From Balanoglossus misakiensis (taxonomy: Eukaryota > Animalia > Hemichordata), in the NCBI GenBank assembly GCA_040954595.2, contig CM082593.2, positions 10,739,477 to 10,803,476 on the forward strand: a DNA stretch of 64,000 bases, in the 5' to 3' direction. Each line of letters starts with the position of its first letter. Within the stretch, counting starts at the first letter, position 1. A program made the position numbers and the translations under genes. Shown in pieces: positions 49,801 through 62,760 of the stretch. Below the pieces are notes generated by a model. It ran no database searches. It saw only the letters and a list, made by a program, of their open reading frames with translations, and was not told where the DNA came from.

Positions 49801-50917
49801 TCTCCGAAAGTGAAGAAAATATATAAATTTTGAGTGTTTTCTGAAAATGACGTTTTTGGGGCAAAAAGTGGCAAAAATGGCATTTTTTCTTGAGTAGGAT
49901 CAATAAGACTGCTATTTCTGGAATTAGCACCATTTTTTACATAGGTTGAACACTTCATATATCACATGATCTCTGAGCTTTATGAAGAAAAGTTTGTTTT
50001 TAATTTTTTTTTCTAAAAACGGCCTTTTTGGGTAATAACTTTCCAAAAGGGCATTTTTGCATTAGGTTGGGTCAATAAATCTGCTTTTTTGGAATAATCA
50101 CCAAGTTTTACATAAGATGGGCATATAAGTGAAGAAAATATATAAATTTTGAGTGTTTTCTAAAAATGACGTTTTGGGGCAAAAAGTGGCAAAAATGGCA
50201 TTTTTTTTCTTGAGTAGGGTCAATAAGACTGCTATTTCTGAAATCAGCACCGTTTTTTACATAGAATGGACACTTCATATATCCAATGATCTCTGAATAT
50301 GAAAAACACAATTTATTTTTAGTTTTTTTGTAAAAATGACCTTTTTTGACCTCAAAAAGTGGCCAAAAATGGCATTTTTGTATTGATTGAGGTCAAAAAG
50401 ACTGCTTTTTTTTTTAAAGTCACCACTTTTAACATAGAATTGACTTTCCATATATCACCAGATCAACTATTATGAAGAAAACCGTGTTTTTTAATTTTTT
50501 TCTAAAAATGACGTTTTTTTGGCAAAAAATGGTCAAAAAGGCAATTTTCTGTTGTTTTGGGTCAATCGAACTATTTTTTTCGTAATATTCACCAAATTTT
50601 ACATAGAATAGGCATATCATATGTCATCAGATCTTAGAATGTGACGAAAGTGTGTTTTTAGTGTTTTCTAAAAAAACACCATTTTTGGGTTAAAAATGGC
50701 CAAAATGGCAATTTTGTCTTGAGTGGGGTCAATAAGACTGACATTTTTGGAATCAGCACCATTTTTTACATAGAATGGACCTCTCAAACCTTCCTTACCA
50801 AAAATTCTGATTAACGGCATCTAGCTCCTGGACTAGGTCCCCTGCCCCATTCCCACTGCCATCGGCGCTACGCTCAAGGGCGCAGCCAGCGGTGGGAATG
50901 GGGCAGGGAACAGACTA
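46827..50917. mobile_element. Small TAGTCTG..CAGACTA hairpin MITE with a 9-bp TSD (CTTCACTTG), split by a nested insertion
   Basis: cttcacttg|tagtctggt ... ccctgccccattcccac..gtgggaatggggcagggaacagacta|cttcacttg. Confidence 0.8.
46836..50835. mobile_element. 4.0-kb non-autonomous foldback element with ~1.15-kb TIRs made of ~120-bp subrepeats and a 3-bp TSD GGT (Academ-like)
   Basis: ggt|tacactatgagataggtgccgttaatcagaatttttggtaagg ... ccttaccaaaaattctgattaacggcatctagctcctggacta|ggt; 46836-~48020 mirrors ~49675-50835. Confidence 0.85.
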
Positions 50918-51021
50918 CTTCACTTGTGGAATAAAGTGCTCATTTCTTGTGTATCTGCATTTTGTCGATGTTATCGCTCCTCTGGCAGAGAAGCCAGGGT
51001 GCTAGCTGTTGGCTTTAATAA

Positions 51022-51277
51022 GGGACTGTTCAGAATTTACTTCCAGGGGGCGGAGAATTTTCAGAGGGGGGGGGGGGGACCACCCATTTTCTCCAAGACA
51101 AATTAGGGGAGACTAGACATAAAAGTCACAATAGGGGGACCATGGAAAATCCCCAGGAAATTTAAGGGGGGACCACATATTTCCTCCACAATTTACTAGG
51201 GGAGACCATGGGAAAAAATCACCAGGAAAATAAAAAATCCTCCATCCCCAACTTGGAAGTAAATTCTGAACAGTCCT
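51022..51277. mobile_element. Harbinger-type MITE
   Basis: TIR ggactgttcagaatttacttcca / tggaagtaaattctgaacagtcc. Confidence 0.75.
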
Positions 51278-52774
51278 TCATGGTTGTTTGTTTGTTTGTT
51301 TGCCTGTTTGTTTATTCGTATCTTTGTTTGTTTGTGTATTCTATCTCATTTAATATGATGCTTCTGTCACATTTGGCATTTACTGTCGCATAAACAATGA
51401 CCGAACCGACTCGACTGCGTTTGGATGCACGATGGACTTAAGAGTGAATCCATCGGTGTTTACCGGCCAAAACAAAACCGTTTGATTTCTTTAAGACTGT
51501 TGCAACAAGTGAGACCCTAGTACATATAGTATATAAATCAGAAGTCCGGTGCATGTTTGCCAGTGACACCTACCACAAAATGGTATCGCCCAAATAATGT
51601 TGGGCGCGCCCGTGGAAGTTATAAGCCCGGCGCTTTTTCCTCATGATTAATAAAACAGTTAACACAACATTGGAAATTCAGCCAATTTGTCCCTGTTTTG
51701 TAGAAATAGTGCGATCTATACATGGCGAAAAGTTTTTCAAAAAATAGATCAAAATGGGAATTCAAATTAGTGAATATTATTGGCACTTACAGAGTTTTAA
51801 TTCAAAATAGAGGATTCATTCCAATGAATATGCAAGTCAAGAAGTCACATAGGGATCATGAAAATGACCTATTGATCATGTCATGATGATTATGTACAAG
51901 AGAGAAGTAAAAAACTGGTTATTGCTTGAATTTCATGTTTCTTTTTAATCAGATGTAGTCAACAGTCTTTCAACAAGTCTATAACATGATTTTGAAATGA
52001 TTTTCAAAAGTACACAATTCCATATGAAAATGTTACTTTAAGATTTGTAAATTTTTCTGTATATTTGAGTTCACGTGCATAGGCTGACTCAAACATTCTT
52101 TGCATCAACATTTACCGTCCTGTCAAAAATCTTGCCTGTAGTCCAGGTTTTACATTTGCACTTAATAGCATTATAACACCATCATGTCATCCACATGTTA
52201 CCCTCACAGCCAGTCACTGTGTGTATATTGTGATTCATGAAGTACATGTAGTGCTACATATTTTTGTGGAGATGAGACACACACACACATAGCAACCGAT
52301 AGACAGACTGCTTGATAATATGCTCTGACTGATCCCTAAAGCTGAAACTTGTATGTGTTTGTACATACAACACAAAGGAACTAAAAATAGGGCATTCACA
52401 TAGGGACCATTGAAAGTTTTCTGAAACATCTCAACTCAAACATTGACATAAAAAATACTTTGTGAACAATTAAAGTCTTCCTGGAACGTTTCAGATTTGA
52501 GACGGTTTTGCCAGCCAGACCTGATCCGGTGTAATGATTAACACCTCTTCGCAACCCATTGTCTATGGGGCCGAGCCTCGCAGTGCCTATACATAAACTT
52601 TGTGTGTGTGGACACAAACGACTCAAAGGATTAATGCTCTGTGTTTACCATAGGCAAATAGTGTCTCAAATTTTTCCCTGCCTGAACCTGGTATCTGAAA
52701 TGTTTCTCATTTTACCCAGTGTAAACATGGTGAAAGACAAAATGTCCTATACCTGTATAACATAGATCATAAAT

Positions 52775-53235
52775 TTATAATACCAGGGTTTACTTGGTCT
52801 GATTGAAGCTCTGTAATTGGTTGAAGCAAGGGTTTTTATTACATATGTACCGTCGATTACTTGCACCGAGCGCGCGCGTAACATCGGTATTTGCACTCAG
52901 TGCAATACCAAAAACATTATGCTATACCTGTATGCAAATGAGTGGCCTGTTCACGAAACAAGCAATATCATTCCGCGGTCTCATTTCTTTCATTTTCGGT
53001 CTTTTTTTCAAAATGGGATGAACATATGTAATAAAAACAGAACCCCATGGCTCAATCGTGCAAGCACGGCGTACCGGTAGTATTTGCACTCGTGCTGGCG
53101 GTGTATTCTTGCTGCCCCCCGCACGAGCGACAGCGAGTGCGGGGGACGGGCGCAAGAATACACCGCCAGACACTCGATGCAAATACTACCGTTACGCCGT
53201 GCTTGCACGATCGAGCCATGGGGTTCTGTCATAAC
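52775..53235. mobile_element. Non-autonomous element ending in a GC-rich hairpin with ~95-bp arms (53037-53230)
   Basis: cagaaccccatggctcaatcgtgcaagcacggcgta..ctggcggtgtattcttgc is inverted; the layout matches the element at about 75-712. Confidence 0.7.
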
Positions 53236-53939
53236 ATTCTCTACTAGAAGACCTGAACAGTAAATAACTGAAATAAAATACACAAAAGAGAATGCATCTG
53301 AATAGAACACAATTTATTAACTTGGATTGGTCATGGGCATCAGGGCGCTCTACTTAAGAAATTCTAGAACATGTTTGTACAAGTGGCATTTTCATGAGCA
53401 GTGAGCAACGAGGCCTTTCTGGCATGTAATACTTAAAATCCAAACATCAGATTTTTTATCACACAAAATCATATTATATATAATGACATTATAAATGGTG
53501 TGCGCTTATATTTGGTTACGGATTTAAAACCTCTTTGAGGAAAATTTTGCAGAGAGGTCTTGTATCTACAACCAAATAACCACTATGTTCATATCATTCA
53601 GATTGCTCAGTACTATCAGCGAGTTCACCAGTGGTTTCCAGAAATCTATAGGCTAAACATATGCCATTTTCATTGTGCCTCCCCCCATCTATTTCAATAC
53701 AATAAATAATGGCTGGCTTGATTTTTCACCAGGACTTTTCAACAATAGTTTTTGTTAAGATATAGACAACATTCCAGATGTGTATGAAAACTCGAGGAAA
53801 ATAATAACATTTGACCTGTCATCAGTTGTGAATTAATTAAATATTTTCATAAACTACACATTATAATCAAATTTAAACTCGTATGTAATGAATAATCGTC
53901 TCAACATAAGAGCTGCTAAGGCTAGACTCAACAGCACTA

Positions 53940-54428
53940 TCAACACGAAAGAATTACTATTTTCTTGCTGACGTATCTGGCGATTATTCTGATTTGATAG
54001 TGTGTCGTTTCTTCTTCTGGGTTGCTCATACCCTTGCTGGCTGACATTTCTTTGTCGTATGTTTGTCTCTGTGGTAGCATTGTCATTGGCATTTCTCTGG
54101 GGGTGTTTTCTGTGTTGGCAGTTGCAGGTTCTGGTGCTAGGGGAGTGTTGACATCTGCCTGGGGTGTTGCATCGGCTGGCGGTTGAACGGTGTTGTCGTT
54201 GTTCGATGCCGCATCTCTGTGTCGTGGCGGCTGTCCGGCTCCTGCAAACGCAGCGTACTGAGACACGAATGGGTTCGGGTATGACATCTGCTGGAAGTGT
54301 TGCTGGTATGCTGCGGCTGGATAGGGTGGGGGTTGTTGGTTCGCAGAAGCTACAGGCTGGGGTGTGTTTGTGCTTGTGCTTGTTGTGGCAGTATCAGCAG
54401 AGGTTGCTATGCTTTTCTTTGTCTCTTC
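53940..54428 (-). CDS. Orphan, probably terminal, exon encoding a T/P/Q/A-rich tail with a PPPY motif
   Basis: ctttttatcctccacag|EETKKSIATSADTATTSTSTNTPQPVASANQQPPPYPAAAYQQHFQQMSYPNPF...; 163 codons including the stop, GC-richer than the flanks; no upstream exons identified. Confidence 0.5.
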   Translation of the reverse strand, partial: EETKKSIATSADTATTSTSTNTPQPVASANQQPPPYPAAAYQQHFQQMSYPNPFVSQYAAFAGAGQPPRHRDAASNNDNTVQPPADATPQADVNTPLAPEPATANTENTPREMPMTMLPQRQTYDKEMSASKGMSNPEEETTHYQIRIIARYVSKKIVILSC

Positions 54429-56763
54429 CTGTGGAGGATAAAAAGAACACAGTGTTTTTGCAAAGGTCGGGGAACACTGGTAATGGATTTGGGAACCCCG
54501 TTAATATTCCTATAACCTCCTAATATAACCACATTGATACACCCAGGGGAACCCCGGTAAAATGACTGGGGAACTCTGGTAGACTGCCTGACCACTGTGA
54601 CATTGGCCTTGTTCTGTTGTTTTAATTCGGAGTGACTGGGGTACTCCGGTAGATTTTATCTAGGTACCGCCCTTAACAAAAACACTAGAACAGAATCACA
54701 ATTTGGAAGGCATGAGAGGCAAATACCATTTAAGGATGTACACGCACAACATAAACTGATAAACAGTGCATGTGTGTCTGTTCCTGAAAGGATTACATCG
54801 ATAATTGCCAGAAAACAAACTTCTACTATTGTCTTTTTCACGAAATTTTACACATAGCTCAGACAAGTAAACGTAAATTCCTTGGTCAAAAAAAATTATG
54901 TGGTCACCAAGCTCTATTATGAGATAAATTGCGTTAAAATCTTCGCCCATAGACAAACCATTGGTGAAAAATGCTGAGACAGCAAATTTCTTCTATTATC
55001 AACTAAATTCATGGCTCTGTATTTTTTTTAAAAAGGGCAATGACCCCTACAATTTTTAACGGATTCTCATTATACATACACAGCATAATCCAAAAATCCA
55101 CAATTAAAAGAATGACAATACTTTCAACGTGTATAATACCAGCATACACCTGTTTCAAGTCCAGTGTCCTAATACACCATCATCATGAATTGGAACTCAA
55201 AGCAAGGCCAATGAGCAAACCCAGATTGACAACTCATTACACCAGCAAAGTGGTTTCTTTATGGAAGTGGTGGTACCAATAAATACTTTATTCAAGGTAA
55301 GAATTTCTTATTGTAGCAGTATTTTCATTTCCATTCATGTTTTAAAGGCCTTTTTTGTAGATTCTGAGTTTCTATGCCAGACAAAGTATGATTATTTTTC
55401 CACTAATGCAGCCTGAATTAAAGTCAACATTTTTCACCATAGGTCTTTCTATGTTATTTTTCTATAGGCATGGACACATTTAAGTTTATCTCAAAACTGA
55501 GCACAGTGGTGAGCCTACAACTTATATGAATCACTCAATTTAATTTCATTTGGATGAGTTATTAGTGAAACTTCTTAAAATTACAATAGTAGAAAAGGGT
55601 TTTCTATCAATTCTTAATGTTATCCTATGGGAAGAAACACATTCCATGAGCTCATACATGTAGTGTGTGCCATTCTTAACCCTTTCAGTATTATATGAAT
55701 CAGATATAGAAGCTTGTTCAACGTCCCGTTGCGGCCAAGCCAATCAGATTGCACGTTATGTCAATCAAAACTGAAGGATACCTAAAGTTCTCTATAAGGC
55801 ACCGTCTGATTGGTTTACTAGAGTTTTCAACGGGAGCTTCTATGGGAGTTGGTCAGATGTAGTGTGAGGCGACAGTATAAGAATACCGTACTGCGAAGTA
55901 AAAGACGTCGCCGTACCCTACATCTGATTTTAATCAGATTGTATGCACACATAAGCTGGTTTAGAATACTGATAAACCCTGATGAAACAATCTCAGTAAA
56001 ATATATACAGATGAGAATGAGAATGCAGTTAAAGTTAAATATACATTCGTTGTATCTTTTGGCTTTATTTCCAGTATTTTTGTTCTATGTAGCAAATGCG
56101 ATTTCATGTTCTACTCCACACAGATTGTTACTTGTCAGCACAGAATGTATGTGTATAATGGCCATTGTCATTGTTGACAATAATTCATGGATTCTAGTCT
56201 GGACTTAAATTCCAATTTGGCACAATAACAATGCTGACCATACACATATATGTTTCATCATGTTTCGGGAATTTGCACAAGAAACTGCTAAACAAAGATA
56301 CTGAAAACATAGGAAAAAGGTAAAGGTAATGGAGCTTTAATTACAATTCACACTGTATACAAAATCCATGTAAAAATTCAAAATACTGGATTTGTCAGCT
56401 TCAACTGATATGGGGGTCACACAAGAAATTGCTAAAACGTCTCAGATCAAATACTGGCATAAATTATTATTGGTGAATGGTTTAAGTGGTCCTGAATCTT
56501 CTCAGATTTGAGACACGTCTCTTACCAGGTTCACACAGGGTAAAATTTGAGACACTATTAGTATATGGTAAACACAGAGCGTTAATACTTTGGGGGGGGG
56601 GGGGTTAGCTGGGCAGACCCGCCCTCCTTTATTTTTTGCCACCCTGCTATCTTACGCGCCGCCCTGCTTTCTTTTCATTCCCGCCTTGGTAAATATTTAT
56701 TGTTTCTGGTGCACGCTCCCGCATGCGGCTGGCATTTGAGAGAATGATATTTATTCAGTTTAG

Positions 56764-57855
56764 GGATGTTTTGTCGCCTTTGTACAAAACACAAGCAGAA
56801 GGCCAAGTGCGGAGGGACTTGGGTTACAACATCTCCATGTACATGTACCACCCTTCGCGAAGACAAACTCAAGCAGCATGAAGAGACGATTATCGACCGG
56901 GCGGCAATGCAGCTTGACGCCGAGGCAGCAGTTATCGAGAACAGCAGCGGTCTTGTGGCTGCATTTGACAAGGTCATCACCTTTGAGACGCAAGCCTTCA
57001 TGCATCGGCGTCCTACGATGCATGTATTTTCTCATGCACAGAGAATTGCCGCACACCACCAACTTCATCCATGTTTTGGAATTGGCAAAGTCCCTCGGGT
57101 GTTCATTCCTTGGTACTCTCAGCAGTGATGACCACAACTATAATGGTTTATTGCATTGGTAAGTAGGTCTACTGATTTTTGTGCAGATCTAAATTGTAGG
57201 CAATGTAGTAACATTTATTTAAACCTGGTTGTTTTCAAGAAAGGATCACTGTTTAAGCAGTAGTGTTACACTCAATAAATAATAATTACTGTACAAATTA
57301 CTGTGAATTTTGATAAGTTTAATCTGAAGAGTAATTTTCATTTATTTCATTTTTCAGGCAAAGTCATCCGTGATGAGATTTTAGAGAAGATGAAAGGAAG
57401 TAACTTCTATTCACTGTTAATAGATGAAAACAACTGATGTGGCTGTATTGAAGCAATTAATCATCTATTCCAAGTACACCTTGAAGTCTGGGAAGTCAGT
57501 TGTGTCTTTCCTTGGAGTTAAAGAAGTAAGTGGAAAGTTTTTCAATTTTTAAGTCTACACTGAATTAAAAACATACGATTAAACATGTTTTTGAGTGACC
57601 TCATTTAATTGATTTTGCTGACTAGTTATTTCAGGTGAGACAAACATTGAGTTGTACATTGCATGTGTTAACATCAAGGTTTTATTTTCACTGTTTTAGG
57701 TTGGTGATGGCAGAGCAGACACCATTGCACAGTCAGTGAAAGAGTTTTCTTCAGAGAATGGTATTGTCTTAAGAGATCGTCTGTCTGCTTTGGGCAGTGA
57801 TGGTGCTCCTGTTATGCTAGGACAGAAAGGAGGGGTGGCTACCAAACTAAAAGAA
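56764..57855 (+). pseudogene. Intron-containing hAT transposase remnant (ZNF862-like); exons 56764-57158, 57358-57525, 57700-57855
   Basis: MFCRLC zinc-finger start, YFLMHRELPHTTNF, FYSLLIDE(frameshift)TTDVAVLKQLII, LGSDGAPVMLGQKGGVATKLKE; frameshifted and truncated at the 3' end. Confidence 0.85.
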
Positions 57856-58664
57856 GTGAGTGAAATTTTGAGTTGTGAAGACATTGTGATTTTGTAAGTT
57901 TTTAGTTGGTGTCTTTATATCGTGACAATAATAATAGTAATAATTAAAGCTACAAGCAGCATTGAAGGGGCCCAAGCATAGAGATAATAACCATTAGACT
58001 CCATTCAGGGTTGTACCATTCAATTGCGTAGGCTGTATTTGCTCTGGATGTGGAGATATGGGGAAGTAGGCAACCACCCGAAATGGATGTCCTACAAGTA
58101 CAAACACAACAACCACAAGTGAACTTCTACGTTATGTAAGGACTTCAGTTAAGTACTTCAAAGGTCAGCTGAGGGTACCCAAAAATTGGGCCAAAAATTT
58201 GGATTCCTATTTGGTTCATATTCAAGACAACGGAAAATTCTCGCCCTTTGGGTTTTTAAAATTAGGTATGGCCATAATAATGAGTTACGCAAGTAAGTTA
58301 CAGGTGGCCCTAGGAATTTAGCATTTCATGACGGTCCTACCCTACCCCTCCAAACACGTGGCTATATATGATGTGCATGTTAACATATGGAAAGCAGGTC
58401 AATGGACACCTGAGGTCATTCAAAAATTTGACAGAAAAATTTCATTCCTGTTTATGTCTTGTGCAACAAATCCTACATTTGCAGCCCTTTCACTTTGCCT
58501 AACATTAGGTATGCACGTAATACATGAATCAAGCAGGTGTCAAAGGTATCCCCCTGTATTTGGCATTTCATGATAGTTTCATCCCTCCAAATACCAAAGC
58601 TGCACCTGTACAACGGGATGAGATATGGCACTGTATGACAGAGGTCATCCAAATCACCTTATAC

Positions 58665-59545
58665 ATCAATCAATCAATCAATCAGAGAAATTTGTATAGC
58701 GCCAGTATCTATAACAAGTGTCATACTCAAAGGCGCTTGTGCTCATTGGCCCACACCATATGCTCTTGCAAAATAATGCGTCTTCAGTCTTTTCTTAAAG
58801 ATACTCAAACTTGGAGCTTGACGAATGTTCCACAGTTTCGTTGCAGCATGAGAGAATGCTCGGCCACCGTATGAAGAACGTTTGTACATTGTAGTGCATA
58901 AAAGGCTCTTATTAGCTGAACGAAGCCTGCGACCAGGAGAATATGTCCGAATGAGATCGCGGATATAGTTCGGAGCGAGATTATTTAAGGCTTTGTATGT
59001 GAGCAGATTTATTTTATACTCTATCCTGTGGCGAACTGGTAACCAATGAAGAAGTTGAAGAACTGGCGTTATATGGGCAGACTTCCTGGACCGAGTTATG
59101 ATTCTTGCAGCTGTATTTTGTGTGCGTTGTAGAAGGTTCAGACTGCGTTCTGGTATACCATACAGTAATGCATTACCATAGTCGAGTTTCGCTGCCAAAA
59201 TAGCATGAATCACTGTTTGACATGTTGCTTTGTTAAGAAATTTCCTGATTTGTCCGACACGGCGAAAGTGGTAATATATTGATTGACAAGTTTTCTTGAT
59301 GTGATCTTTATACATGTGCGTATTGTCAAATATTACACCAATATTGCGAGCTGATTTAACGACGGGAACAGAGCTTGAACCAATGGTAATCTTGTCAATA
59401 GCATCAGCAGAGTGATGAAATTGTGAACGAATAAGTAGAATCTCAGTTTTTGGAGTCGTTGAGTTGAAGCTTGTTTTGGGTCATCCAGTCCTTAAGATCA
59501 CGGATACAGGCCTCAATGGACATTTGGGCAAAAACCAACTGACAC
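58665..59545 (-). mobile_element. 5'-truncated L2/Crack-group LINE (C-terminus of ORF2)
   Basis: ..CIRDLKDWMTQNKLQLN..; LDYGNALLYGIP..LQRTQNTAARIITR..HITPVLQLLHWLPVRHRIEYKI; (TTGA)n tail at 58665-58683. Confidence 0.9.
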
Positions 59546-60219
59546 TTACATTCGTCCCTGTGGAACAAAAACCACACCTATCGCCCTGTTGGTTAGTGTC
59601 TAATTAAATGTACAAAATCAATGACTTAGGCAGGTGCAACAGACGACCCCGCCTTTGGTATATCATTATGGTCCCATCCGTATATGCCCCCCCCCCTCCC
59701 AAGCCAAAGCTGCATGCATCTGCTGTGGATGCTCACTAAGCAAAAGTAGGTGAAAGGTCACATAAGGTCGCCCACAACTTGACGGGAAAATCGGACTTCA
59801 TATTGATCCATGTGCAACAAATAGCACGCTACCACCCCTTTCATTGACCCCACAATTACGCATGCACATAATTATTGAGTTATGCAGGTGTCACAGGTGA
59901 CACCCGAATCGGGTGTATTATTTTAGTCCCATACAGCTGCATGTAGCTGCGTGCCGTTACGGGCGACCTGATAACCCACACGGCCACCTGCGGGCCGACC
60001 CCCATACTGAACGTCCAGTTGCAACATCACGACTGAAGTAGGAACTTTTGAACGGCAACGAAGCCTGATCTCTGATTATTGCTGGTACCATACTCCTGTC
60101 GTGCAAGAAAATCACTGGTCTGCTGACGTATTTCAGCCAATTTCCCAAACTACTATCCACTACATGTGACTACAATGCTAATGAAACCTCCCACAACATT
60201 AGCGACTTAGGGTCAAAGT

Positions 60220-62760
60220 CCACTGTTTTAAATTTTTTCATCGGTTTTACTTTAAAGGATGCCCACAAATTGCAACAGTAAATATTACTACAATATGCCA
60301 AAAATAAAACTTTCTTCACATCTTGACTAAAATGTTGAAAATGTCTCAATAGCATGTTTGCTCTAACACAAAATGCTCTTCTCTGTCGTTCAATATCTTC
60401 ATTATCACAACCCTCACAAGATATAACATGGCCCAGATAGGTGTGTACAGGTACAAACTTTAAAGTGATGTCATTAAGTTTAACCGAAGGAATTCTTTGA
60501 ACGCTCATATTCTTCCCATTAAAAAGCATGCACACAGTTTTACTAGAATTATAAATTATATCATAATCATTGCCATAAATTTCACAAATTCTAAGAAGAC
60601 GGTGTAGACCCTTAATACTTGGACTGAGTAGAGTCATGTCGTCAGCGTAACCTAAAGTGTTAGCGCTGACACCACACATGGTACAGCCAACTTTGGCTTT
60701 ACAGAGTGCATTGATAAGATCATCAATGTAGACATTAAAAAAATAGGGAGAGAGTACTCCCCCTTGTCTTACACCGTTAGAAACAGAAAACAACTCTGAG
60801 GTTTCATTACCCCACAACACAGTAAACAATTGATTTCTGTACCATTAAAGGTCAAATGTCATGCTTTGGAAAGTTTTCATTTTTCCACGTCAAAAGCTCA
60901 CCTAGGGTACCTGTCTATGCATTGCCTATTGTGACGGTTCCGAAAAATGTGCACGAATGCCGGAATTTGCCACCTTTTTTCATGCCTGTGATCGGGGAGC
61001 CACTTCGCACTCGAGCCAGGCGAAGGTATTTGCATATGGACAAACAAGTACACTATGTCGTAGTGTACCATTCTGTTTACAGTAAAGTGTAATTATCGGT
61101 CCATGAGTAATTAAGTCCACAGACAAAGATAAGCTATATAAACAGTGTTCAAAGCAAAGGAAGCCCTTGCCTCACATTGCAGGCAGAGGATTTACAAAGG
61201 TGTGAAAGACTATTTGTCCACATCAAGATAAGTCTTCGGCTTAACTTCGAAAAGCCAAAAAAAATCGACTGAGTTGGGTTAGGGGTACACGCCCACCCGC
61301 CACTTTTACTTGCTTGTTATCTAAGCACAAGGGGCAAAACGCATTGCAAGATAGTAACATACGTTAACTTCAAGACCCAAATAGTGATTTTACGCGTGGT
61401 TGTATAGGGCATGGCATGTGACCTTTAATATAAAATTCGTACAGCATACAAGGGAACATTCCTGTCGATGAGCTTGTTAACCAGTTTAAAGTGATTAACT
61501 CTGTCAAAAGCTTTTGAAGCATCCAGAAAACAAGTAAACACTGGTCTTCCATTGCTGGTGTAGTAGCTAATGATTTCTTTAAATGCAAATAAACACAGGT
61601 CAGTTGAATGTTCTCGCTTGAAACCAAATTGTAAATAATGAGAGGTAAGAAACTCCTCACAACGAGAAAGTAAAATAGGCTCAAAAACTTTAGAGAAAAC
61701 AGTTGCTAGTGCTATCGGCCGGTAGTTACTGGCATCACTACAAAGCTTAGTTTTATCCTTAATTGGAACTAAAATAACGTTGATAGCCTCAGTTTGCAGG
61801 TAACCATGAACAATCAAGTCAAAATGGGTAAAATAGAGGAGTCTGAGAATTTGAGGTGCTCAGCTGAAATATTGTCAATGCCAGCTGTCTTATCGTCAGG
61901 TAACTTATGTATAGCAGAAATTACTTCTTCTTCAGAAACATACATATCAGAAGAAAATTTAACATACTTCATTTTCTCCTCGATGTCATTTTTACCAGTC
62001 TGAGCCTGGACAGAATTCAAAATATCACTGAAATGCTTGTGCCACATAATTGCAATTTCACTCTCACCAGTCGCTCCACCTACAGTGTCAGAAAGCGGCA
62101 TTTTTCTGCTAGTTTGCTTTCTGACTTCCTTCCAGAAGTCGTTCTGTTTGTGGCAGCGTAAATTGTCAGCCATCTTGTCAGCCCTATTTTGATTCTCAAT
62201 CTTTTTACAAGCACGTAAAGCATACTTAAAACGAGCTCTGGAAGATTTCATGGTTTCAAAAAGCGGGCCTTGTTAAGGTTTACCCCCATTAACCCATAAT
62301 AAAAACATGGAACGGGCATAGTCGTGACTTTCTTTTACAAAATCGTTCCAGCCAGGCACAACATGAACTTTCTGGTGAAACTTACGCCTAATGGTATCTT
62401 TTGCAGCACAATTCAATGCGTCCACAACACTACTATAACAAGTATCAATTGCCTGTAAATGCGAAGGGTATGTACAGTTCACATTAGTGCAGAATAACTC
62501 TTCGGATAAATTAATCTTATCAACCTTGGCTTTGGTACAACGGGTGTAGGCGGATATATTCTGCTGTGACAATTTTTTCCAATCAACTCGAAAATTACAT
62601 TGCTTGAAGGAACTACTGCTGAAGCATTCATCAGCAGAAGTGTTGAAATGAACCTCTATTGAAACAGGAATATGGTCGGAGTCAACAACATTGCAAAGAC
62701 TCGAAATTGAAAGAACATTGCTATAAAAAAATTTAGTGGTAACACAGTGGTCAATCCAAA
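60220..62760 (-). mobile_element. Degenerate RTEX-type LINE (end of endonuclease plus reverse transcriptase) with stops and a MITE insertion
   Basis: WIDHC/SDHIP, VPGWND, FKYALR, NYRPIAL, FLDASKAFDRV, GVRQGGVLSP, GYADDMTL. Confidence 0.88.
60849..61424. mobile_element. 576-bp TTAA-TSD DNA element inserted into the LINE RT
   Basis: ttaa|aggtcaaatgtcatgc ... gcatggcatgtgacct|ttaa. Confidence 0.85.

Noticed and set aside
47054-50620. Mirror-image ORFs on opposite strands
   Set aside because: They are by-products of the foldback TIRs and have no transposase motifs.
55140-55277. Plus-strand exon ending in aag|gtaaga
   Set aside because: The candidate frames contain stops and there is no recognisable domain or partner exon.
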